DNA from: Patescibacteria group bacterium
Lineage (GTDB): Bacteria > Patescibacteriota > Patescibacteriia > Patescibacteriales > UBA12465
Assembly (NCBI GenBank): GCA_041658665.1
Contig: JBAZZR010000002.1
Coordinates: 9,147 to 73,146 of the forward strand
Direction: 5' to 3'
DNA: 64,000 bases
The translations under genes and the position numbers were made by a program. Position 1 is the stretch's first letter. Every line of letters starts with the position of its first letter. The notes beneath the pieces are model-generated. The model searched no databases. It was not told the origin of the DNA and saw nothing but the letters and a program-made list of their open reading frames with translations. This document shows, piece after piece, positions 56,849 through 64,000 of this stretch.

Positions 56849-56877
56849 ATTACACCACATAATTATTTTTATGTCAA
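56849..56877 (-). promoter_or_regulatory. sigma-70-type promoter of the frameshifted gene
   Basis: The minus strand reads TTGACA (56872-56877), 17-nt spacer, TGTAAT (56849-56854). Confidence 0.5.
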
Positions 56878-56984
56878 TAAGTTAACAAACTGAGTAAAAA
56901 CTGCGTGTAAACAGCGCTTGAAAAATAAGCGTCCTTAAGTTAAAATAATAAAACAATAAAGACTGAATAAAACAATTATAACAT

Positions 56985-58385
56985 ATGGCTAATCAAGACC
57001 AGGGCCTCATCGCTAAAGTCCCGCCGCATAGTTTAGAGGCCGAAGAATCATTGCTCGGCTCTCTTCTAATTGATAAAGACGCTATTATTAAAGTCGCGGA
57101 TATAATCATGCCGCAAGATTTTTATAAAGACAGCCATAAAATAATTTACGACGCGATTAAAGAGTTATATGGCAATCAAGAGCCGATTGATATTATAACT
57201 CTCGCTAATCGCTTAGAAGATAAAAAACAAATAACGACAGTTGGTGGTCGCGCCTATTTAGCGCAACTAACTAATACGGTCGCCACTTCCGGAAACGTCG
57301 CTAACTACGCGAATATTATCCAGCGCAAAGCGACTTTAAGACGTCTGCAACAAGCCGCCGCCGAAATATCGACGATCAGTTTTGATGAGGAAAGAGAAAT
57401 TGATGAAATTTTAGATGAAACTGAAAAAAAAGTTTTTGGTGTTTCCCGAAAATATTTAAAAAATGCTTTCTTGCCAATTGATAACTTACTGACCGCCGCT
57501 TTTGAACGGATTGATGAACTCCATCGTTATAGCGGAAAATTACGCGGCCTCTCGACCGGTTTTCCTGATCTAGATAATTTATTAGCCGGGTTACAAAAAT
57601 CCGATTTAATAATTCTGGCTGCCCGTCCGAGCGTCGGCAAAACTTCTTTAGCTCTCGACATCGCTCGCCAAGCCGCTATTAAAAGTAAGGAGGGGGTCGG
57701 AATTTTTTCGTTAGAGATGAGTAAGGAACAGCTAGTCGATCGCCTTCTCTGTTCTCAGGCTAATGTCAGTTTATGGAAAATGCGCACGGGAAATTTATCG
57801 GATAAAGAGGAAGATAATGATTTCGCGCGTATCGGCGAAGCTATGGGTAAATTAGCAGAAGCGCCAATTTATATTGATGATTCGGGGACCTTATCAATTA
57901 TGGAAATAAGAGCCAAAGCTCGCCGCCTACAAATGGAAAAAGGTCTAGGACTAATCGTGATTGATTATTTACAATTAATGGAAGGCCGGGGAAAATATGG
58001 CGATAACCGCGTTCAAGAAATTGCCGAAATTAGTCGTGGTCTAAAATCTATTGCTCGCGAACTTAATATTCCGATTCTAGCTCTCGCCCAATTATCGCGC
58101 GCCGTAGAGTTAACTCATCCCGCAATTCCGAAACTTTCTCATTTACGTGACTCTGGCTCTATCGAGCAAGACGCCGATATTGTTATGTTTATTTACCGCA
58201 AAGCGGCCGACCGCGGTTATAATGTTAATGATCTCCCTCTTGATGAACGCCATAAAGCGGAAATTCATATCGCTAAACATCGCAATGGTCCGACTGGTAA
58301 AGTCGACCTATTTTTCGACGAAAATACCGTTAGTTTCAAAAGCTTCTCTAAAAATGCACCGGAGACAATGGCCACCGAATTCTAA
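56985..58385 (+). CDS. dnaB: replicative DNA helicase DnaB
   Basis: PPHSLEAEESLLGSLL N-terminus, Walker A ARPSVGKTSLAL, IVIDYLQLM and RDSGSIEQDAD motifs. Confidence 0.95.
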   Translation: MANQDQGLIAKVPPHSLEAEESLLGSLLIDKDAIIKVADIIMPQDFYKDSHKIIYDAIKELYGNQEPIDIITLANRLEDKKQITTVGGRAYLAQLTNTVATSGNVANYANIIQRKATLRRLQQAAAEISTISFDEEREIDEILDETEKKVFGVSRKYLKNAFLPIDNLLTAAFERIDELHRYSGKLRGLSTGFPDLDNLLAGLQKSDLIILAARPSVGKTSLALDIARQAAIKSKEGVGIFSLEMSKEQLVDRLLCSQANVSLWKMRTGNLSDKEEDNDFARIGEAMGKLAEAPIYIDDSGTLSIMEIRAKARRLQMEKGLGLIVIDYLQLMEGRGKYGDNRVQEIAEISRGLKSIARELNIPILALAQLSRAVELTHPAIPKLSHLRDSGSIEQDADIVMFIYRKAADRGYNVNDLPLDERHKAEIHIAKHRNGPTGKVDLFFDENTVSFKSFSKNAPETMATEF

Positions 58386-58476
58386 AATAAAAATCACCAA
58401 ACAAGTATTTGAAAATCTAAATATTTATAAAAATAATCAACTAACAACCGCTTAATGATCTAATCCCCTAAATAAT

Positions 58477-58755
58477 ATGTTTAATAAGTTAAAACAATTC
58501 AAAGATTTACGCAGTCAGGCTAAAGTCATGCAGAGCGCTCTCGCCCAAGAGAGCGTGACGGAAGAAAAAAACGGCGTGAAGTTAGTTCTAAACGGCAATA
58601 TGGAAATAGTCGAATTACATCTTAGCGACAGCTTAGGCAAAACCGCCCAAGAAGAAGCCTTAAAAAGCTGTTTCAATGAAGCCTTAAAGCGCACGCAGAG
58701 ATTAATGGCTAAAAAATTACAAGACATGGGCGGTATTCCCGGACTAAGTAGTTAG
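58477..58755 (+). CDS. ybaB: nucleoid-associated protein YbaB/EbfC family
   Basis: 92 aa, MFNKLKQFKDLRSQAKVMQ..., conserved position upstream of recR. Confidence 0.8.
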   Translation: MFNKLKQFKDLRSQAKVMQSALAQESVTEEKNGVKLVLNGNMEIVELHLSDSLGKTAQEEALKSCFNEALKRTQRLMAKKLQDMGGIPGLSS

Positions 58756-58781
58756 GCTTTAAAATATTTTTCTTTTTTAAA

Positions 58782-59378
58782 ATGCGTTACCCGGAAGCAA
58801 TCCAAAGTTTAATCGAAAAATTATCTGATCTGCCGAGCGTCGGCCCTAAGACCGCCGAACGTTATGTTTTTTATTTACTCAAACAAAATCCCGAAAAATT
58901 AAAAAATTTAGCGCTCGCTATTAGCGAACTTCTTGATAAAATAAAAATATGCCCGAGCTGTCTAATGATTAGCGCTGCTATTCCTTGTTCTATCTGCGCT
59001 GATAATGCTCGCCAGCCCGACTCCCTCTGTATCGTAGAGAATACTCAAAATATTTTGTCCTTAGAAGCGACTAAACAATATAACGGCCGCTACTTTGTGC
59101 TCGGCGGTTTAATTGATACTATTAATGGCGTCGGACCGGCCGATTTAAATATTGATAAGCTAGTTAGAAAAATAAAAAATGAAAATATTAAAGAATTAAT
59201 TATCGCCCTTAATTTTACTCTGGAAGGCGAAACAACGGCTCTCTATCTGACTAAGATTTTAGGAGAAAAAATAAAAATTAGTCGTCTAGCTAAGGGGCTA
59301 CCCGCGGGATCTAACTTAGAGTATGCCGATGAGTTAACTTTAGGGAGCGCCTTAAAGTATCGTAATAAATTAAACTAA
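58782..59378 (+). CDS. recR: recombination protein RecR
   Basis: HhH N-terminus (LPSVGPKTAERY), Cys4 zinc finger and Toprim domain. Confidence 0.9.
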   Translation: MRYPEAIQSLIEKLSDLPSVGPKTAERYVFYLLKQNPEKLKNLALAISELLDKIKICPSCLMISAAIPCSICADNARQPDSLCIVENTQNILSLEATKQYNGRYFVLGGLIDTINGVGPADLNIDKLVRKIKNENIKELIIALNFTLEGETTALYLTKILGEKIKISRLAKGLPAGSNLEYADELTLGSALKYRNKLN

Positions 59379-59387
59379 CGGCTGTTT

Positions 59388-59417
59388 AAAAAAATCCGCC
59401 TCATCAAGGCGGATTTT
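59388..59417. terminator. bidirectional intrinsic terminator between recR and rplU
   Basis: aaatccgcc-tcatcaa-ggcggattt flanked by an A-run and a T-run. Confidence 0.7.
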
Positions 59418-59439
59418 ATATTTCTCTAATAAAACAAAA

Positions 59440-59748
59440 TTAAGCAATTTTTAATATTTTAATAGCGCTCTTGAGTTGGCGATGACCAACCGTCTTCTTG
59501 TAACGAGTCTTATTCTTATATTTAACAACCGTTACTTTAGGATCCTTAGCTGTCTTGAGAAGCTCCCCTTCAACCTTTTCGCCTAAAGAAGGGCGGCCCA
59601 ATTCTAATTTAGCGCCATCGGCGATTAGTAAAGTATCGAATTTAAGCTTACTGCCCGATTCAGCGTCTAATTTTTCTACTTTAATAGTTTCTCCTTCCTG
59701 AACTTTGTATTGTTTCCCGCCGGTCTTGATTACTGCGATTTTTGCCAT
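59440..59748 (-). CDS. rplU: 50S ribosomal protein L21
   Basis: MAKIAVIKTGGKQYKVQEGETIKVEKL...VVKYKNKTRYKKTVGHRQ. Confidence 0.9.
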   Translation of the reverse strand: MAKIAVIKTGGKQYKVQEGETIKVEKLDAESGSKLKFDTLLIADGAKLELGRPSLGEKVEGELLKTAKDPKVTVVKYKNKTRYKKTVGHRQLKSAIKILKIA

Positions 59749-59872
59749 AAAATTTGAAAAATTAACAATTCTTTCTTAACATTACTCAATAATAACAAAT
59801 ATTTGAAAAATGTCAATAAATGAGCTAAGATAGGGAGAGGTAAGCTCAATTTATCTAAATTTTATCTACTCT

Positions 59873-61174
59873 ATGGCTAATTTATTAATAAAAGGCGGGA
59901 AAAAACTTCATGGCGCCTTAAAAACCAATGCCGCTAAAAATTCCGCGGTCGCAATTTTATGCGCGACGGTTATGATTAAAGGAAAGACCACGCTTATTGA
60001 CGTCCCTCGAATTGAAGAAGTCAAACGTATTATTGAAATTTTAAGTTCGCTCGGACTAAAAATAAGCTGGCGCGGCGAACATGGACTCGAAATTATTAAT
60101 GATGGCCATTTTTATCCGGAACAAATTGATCGGGAAGCTTTCTTAAAAACCCGCTCCGCCCTTCTTTTGATGAGCGCTTTGAGTGCTAATTTAAAAAATT
60201 TCTCTCTCCCAAAATCTGGCGGCTGCAAACTCGGTAAACGGACAGTTAATCCCTATATCCTCGCCCTCCGCTACCTCGGCATTAAAGTCAAAGAAACGGC
60301 CACGACCTATAATATTAGTTATAACCATAAAAAAGCGGCTAAATTCACGATGTATGAAGCTAGCGACACTGGTACGGAAAATACCATTATGGCGGCTATT
60401 GTAGCCCCGGGCGAAAGTATTATAAATTTTGCCTCCTCTAACTACATGGTTCAGGATTTGGTTTTTTTCTTAAAAAAAGCCGGGGCGAAAATTGAATGGT
60501 CGGGAACGAATTTAAAAATTATCGGCGTTAAAGAACTCCATCCTGTTAAAGATTACTCAATTATGCCTGATCCCATTGAATCAATGGCGTTTATTTCCTT
60601 AGCGATAACGACTAAATCAAATTTAAAAATTACCGACTGCCCAATAGATTTTTTACGCTTAGAAATAGAAAAATTGAAAGTGATGGGCCAAAAATTTAAA
60701 ATCAGCAAAATCTATAAATCTAAAAATAACCAATTCGATCTAGTCGATATAGAAATTATCCCTAGCCGCCTTAAAGCCTTAGCCGATAAACTTCATCCGC
60801 AACCCTACCCCGGATTAAATATCGATAACTTGCCTCTATTTATACCAATCCTAACCCAGGCCGAAGGCTCAACTCTAGTTCATGACTGGATTTATGAAAA
60901 TCGGGCAATTTATTATATCGAACTTAACCGTTTAGGCGCCGATATTATGCTTCACGATCCTCATCGCGTAACCGTCACCGGCCCAACCGAATTAAAACCG
61001 AATGAAATCGTCTGTCCGCCCGCGCTTCGACCGTCAATTAATATTTTAATCGCTATGCTAGCCGCTAAAGGACAATCGATTTTAAGAAATTCTTATTCTA
61101 TTGATCGCGGCTACGAAAATTTATACGAACGCCTTAATAATGTCGGAGCGGAAATAATTACTCTTGATCGTTAA
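59873..61174 (+). CDS. murA: UDP-N-acetylglucosamine 1-carboxyvinyltransferase
   Basis: KNSAVAILCA, catalytic-loop Cys (SGGCKLGKRTVNP), typical length. Confidence 0.85.
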   Translation: MANLLIKGGKKLHGALKTNAAKNSAVAILCATVMIKGKTTLIDVPRIEEVKRIIEILSSLGLKISWRGEHGLEIINDGHFYPEQIDREAFLKTRSALLLMSALSANLKNFSLPKSGGCKLGKRTVNPYILALRYLGIKVKETATTYNISYNHKKAAKFTMYEASDTGTENTIMAAIVAPGESIINFASSNYMVQDLVFFLKKAGAKIEWSGTNLKIIGVKELHPVKDYSIMPDPIESMAFISLAITTKSNLKITDCPIDFLRLEIEKLKVMGQKFKISKIYKSKNNQFDLVDIEIIPSRLKALADKLHPQPYPGLNIDNLPLFIPILTQAEGSTLVHDWIYENRAIYYIELNRLGADIMLHDPHRVTVTGPTELKPNEIVCPPALRPSINILIAMLAAKGQSILRNSYSIDRGYENLYERLNNVGAEIITLDR

Positions 61175-61177
61175 TTT

Positions 61178-62506
61178 ATGTCTAAAAAAACCCGCGATTA
61201 TATCTTTTGGATATTTTCGGTTATTTTTCTGCTCGGCACAATTTTTGTCTCTCTTTATGCTTCCGGTTATAAATTGAATTTAAGCTGGCCCCTCACCTTC
61301 AATCGTCTCTTACTTAAAACCGGCATGATTAGTATTGAGACGGAGCCACGCGGCGTAACTATTTTCCTAAATGGCGCCCTCCAAAAAAATTTTTCTTTAA
61401 ATCCTCTCAATAAAGAATATCTCACTACGCCGGCTAAAGTTAAAAATGTTAGTCCCGGAGAATATGATTTACGGCTAGAGTTAGACGGCTACTGGCCGCT
61501 TAATAAAAGAATTAGTGTTTACTCCGGACAAACTACTTTTGCCGAAAACATTAATCTTTTTCGATCGAATCTGCCCCTCCTAATTAGCAATTCGCCAATT
61601 AGCCAATTACAATTAAGCTCAAGCGGCCGTTATCTCTTTGTCGCCGCTCCGTCAAAAATAATAAATTTAAAAAATAATGAAACTCAAAACTTAAGCGGTG
61701 CGGCCGCCGCTAGTTACTGGCTCGAAAACGAAGATAAACTAGTTAGTGGCGGACAAATCTTTACACCCGACTCGTCGCGTAGCCTTAACTATGAACAGGT
61801 TATCGGCTTAGATGCCAAGAATTGGTACTACGCGTCCGAAGAAAAACGCCTCTACTATCAAAATAACGATTTAATAAGCTGTTTCGATATATCCAGCCAG
61901 CGCAATTCTCTAATCATCAGCGGCCACGATTATTCTGTTTATCGTCCCCATGGACAGATAATGTTTTTAATTGAAAATAAACTGGGTAAAACTAAACTCC
62001 AAAAATATTCTCTAGTAAACCAAAAAATAGAACAAGAAATATCTTTGCCCGCCGATGGACGCTATTTATTTAAAGACGATAGCGGCCAATACTTAAGTCT
62101 CTATGATGAAAAAAATCAGACCCTTTATCTAATCAATCCCGATAATATAAATTATATTACTAAAACCTTGAACCAGGCTATTAGCTGGCAGTGGATAGAT
62201 AAAAGTCATCTGTTCTATAATAATAACTGGGAAATTTATTTAGTCGATTTAGAAAATAATAATGAATCCTTACTCACCCGCTTGGGCGAAGAAATTCAGA
62301 CTATTATTTACAATAAAAATAATAATTATTTAATCTACACTAGCCGGAGCGGCTTACATGCTTACGATTTGCAAGTCGGAATAAGTACTAAAATTTTCTC
62401 CAACGAAACAGTGGTTTCTCCCGTCATCGATCAAAAAAATAATACTTTATATTTTTGGGCCAAAATCGACCAACAAGCTGGGGTATATAAGTTACGGCTG
62501 CAATAA
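61178..62506 (+). CDS. membrane-anchored PEGA-domain protein with a beta-propeller-like body
   Basis: N-terminal TM helix, a PEGA-like segment (ISIETEPRGVTIFLNG...GEYDLRLELDGYWP), then a repetitive beta-rich region. Confidence 0.6.
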   Translation: MSKKTRDYIFWIFSVIFLLGTIFVSLYASGYKLNLSWPLTFNRLLLKTGMISIETEPRGVTIFLNGALQKNFSLNPLNKEYLTTPAKVKNVSPGEYDLRLELDGYWPLNKRISVYSGQTTFAENINLFRSNLPLLISNSPISQLQLSSSGRYLFVAAPSKIINLKNNETQNLSGAAAASYWLENEDKLVSGGQIFTPDSSRSLNYEQVIGLDAKNWYYASEEKRLYYQNNDLISCFDISSQRNSLIISGHDYSVYRPHGQIMFLIENKLGKTKLQKYSLVNQKIEQEISLPADGRYLFKDDSGQYLSLYDEKNQTLYLINPDNINYITKTLNQAISWQWIDKSHLFYNNNWEIYLVDLENNNESLLTRLGEEIQTIIYNKNNNYLIYTSRSGLHAYDLQVGISTKIFSNETVVSPVIDQKNNTLYFWAKIDQQAGVYKLRLQ

Positions 62507-62510
62507 ATTA

Positions 62511-63386
62511 CTAGCGACTAGCTAACTGATTGATTAAATCCTGTAAATCCCGGCCGATTTCTTGATCTTTCAGGCCGAATTTCAAACTCGCTTTTAAAAA
62601 ATTAAATTTATTGCCGGTATCGAGCCACTCACCGGTAATTTTCTTCCCATAAACCGGGCGCCCTTTACTTAACATCTCATCAAAAGCGTCGGCTAAACGG
62701 ATTTCACCGGATTTACCGCTCTTCATCCGTTTGAGGACTTTAAAGACTTCAGGTGTAATCACATAAATACCCACCGCCGCTAAATTAGAAGGGGCGTCTT
62801 TCAGGCTAGGCTTTTCCACAAATCTCTTAATTCGATAATTACCGCCGCCTAAATCCAGGCCGTCAATCACTCCGAATTTATTAACTTCGGAATGAGCTAC
62901 TTCCGACAAACCAACGACTGATTGACCGTATTGTTCATAAGTTTGAATTACTTGATTAACCGGCGGCACGGTCGCATCGTATAAAGTATCTCCGAACATG
63001 ACTAAAACCGGCTCGTCCTCGCCGACTAAATGGGCGGCACAATTGATCGCGTGACCGTCGCCAAGCGGAATCGGCTGACGCACATAAGAAAAGCGCGCTA
63101 AATTTTCAATCTCTTTAACTTTTTTGAGTTGATCAAGCTTATTCTTCTCCACTAAAGTTTTTTCTAATTCGAAAGAATAATCAAAGTGATCCTCAATCGC
63201 CCGCTTACCGCGACCGGTAACAAAAATTACTTCTTCAATACCGGCCTTCACAACCTCTTCGACTAAATATTGAATAACCGGTTTATCAATAACCATGAGC
63301 ATCTCTTTCGGCTGAGCTTTCGTAGCGGGCAAGAACCGCGTGCCAAAACCGGCGACCGGAAAAATAGCTTTTTTTATTTTTTTCAT
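62511..63386 (-). CDS. galU: UTP--glucose-1-phosphate uridylyltransferase
   Basis: AIFPVAGFGTRFLPATKAQPKEML, VEKP and other motifs. Confidence 0.9.
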   Translation of the reverse strand: MKKIKKAIFPVAGFGTRFLPATKAQPKEMLMVIDKPVIQYLVEEVVKAGIEEVIFVTGRGKRAIEDHFDYSFELEKTLVEKNKLDQLKKVKEIENLARFSYVRQPIPLGDGHAINCAAHLVGEDEPVLVMFGDTLYDATVPPVNQVIQTYEQYGQSVVGLSEVAHSEVNKFGVIDGLDLGGGNYRIKRFVEKPSLKDAPSNLAAVGIYVITPEVFKVLKRMKSGKSGEIRLADAFDEMLSKGRPVYGKKITGEWLDTGNKFNFLKASLKFGLKDQEIGRDLQDLINQLASR

Positions 63387-63391
63387 AATAT

Positions 63392-64000
63392 TTATATTTT
63401 ACTATATGACGAGGGATTCTTAAACCCCCATTTCCAAAAATATTTTAACCAAGAACTAATATGATGTCGCGCTAAGGAGCTTAAAAAGATCGCTAAATAC
63501 CAAGGATATTTAGCGCTTTCCCGGGCGTGATCATGAATAATTAAAGCGTTCGGATTATAAACCACGGCTAAATTTTTCGCTCGAAACTGTCGCGCTAAAT
63601 CAGTATCTTCGAAATACATGAAATAACGTTCATCAAAAAGTGGCCGAAAAATCTGACCGGCCGAAAGAGTAATTTCCCGTTTAAACAGTAAACAAGACCC
63701 CATGAGCCAATCGACAGCCGCAATCGACTGATGATCAAAACTTTGCATGGTAAAATTATCTTGCGCCGCCTGGAAAAAACTACCAAGAAAAGTTCGACGC
63801 CAAAAAGGTAAAAAAAACTGCGGCCAGCGCAAACAAGTTTGTTGCAGAGAGCCGTCGGCCGACAAAGTCTTCGGACCAACGAGGCCGACGTCTGAGTGTC
63901 CCCGCAAGTACTCTAACAGGGTAAGAATCGCCCGCTCCTTAACAACCGTATCGGGATTAAGAACTAGAATAAATTCGCCGCGCGCCACGGCGATACCGAG
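63392..64000 (-). CDS. family 2 glycosyltransferase (C-terminal part; gene runs off the right edge)
   Basis: The frame stays open to position 64000 (...LGIAVARGEFILVLNPDTVV...). Contains FMYFEDTDL (ED motif region). Confidence 0.7.
   Translation of the reverse strand, partial: LGIAVARGEFILVLNPDTVVKERAILTLLEYLRGHSDVGLVGPKTLSADGSLQQTCLRWPQFFLPFWRRTFLGSFFQAAQDNFTMQSFDHQSIAAVDWLMGSCLLFKREITLSAGQIFRPLFDERYFMYFEDTDLARQFRAKNLAVVYNPNALIIHDHARESAKYPWYLAIFLSSLARHHISSWLKYFWKWGFKNPSSYSKI

Overview
AT-rich window with small genes, mostly on the minus strand. It looks like a Candidatus Patescibacteria (CPR) type chromosome segment: a TrbC/VirB2-like pilin gene, many membrane-anchored orphan genes, several fused enzymes and degenerate glycolytic enzymes. 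The genetic code appears standard (tRNA-Trp has anticodon CCA, and TGA is the stop at 37134). Left to right: a MacAB-like ABC efflux operon (permease partial at the left edge), an ECF sigma with a putative anti-sigma, an EamA-riboflavin kinase fusion, and a CsoR-controlled copper cluster (csoR, 155-aa orphan, HMA-DsbD_2-2x cupredoxin protein, copZ, a 1220-aa copA with a C-terminal extension). Then a flavoprotein, tRNA-Trp, rubrerythrin, an AI-2E permease, rpmG and mutM. Next is a tRNA-Tyr to tRNA-Thr islet carrying the pilin gene and two GC3-rich membrane orphans, followed by tpiA, an epimerase and gyrB. A pgk-eno-(mini iPGM-like) operon comes next, then an envelope cluster (PDZ protein, beta-propeller lipoprotein, L,D-transpeptidase, a GT4/WecA-QueH fusion). 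After that: a membrane-anchored Hsp100 paralog divergent from a CIRCE-controlled clpB, def-fmt, and tRNA-Glu. A roughly 4.4-kb accessory cassette array follows, then dedA, terC, tRNA-Lys and tRNA-Thr, a frameshifted orphan gene, dnaB, ybaB, recR, rplU, murA, a PEGA protein, galU and a partial GT2. No rRNA, CRISPR array, transposase or integrase was seen. The most unusual locus is 49.1-53.6 kb. There, functionally unrelated genes (P-loop kinase-like plus atypical metallophosphoesterase, a 244-aa orphan, a SAM methyltransferase, a YbaK-type deacylase) are each separated by a copy of one conserved ~130-nt junction element. The element is a 70-nt core plus a hairpin and T-run, present as three good copies and one degenerate copy abutting tRNA-Glu. 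I could not assign it to any mobile-element or regulatory class I know.
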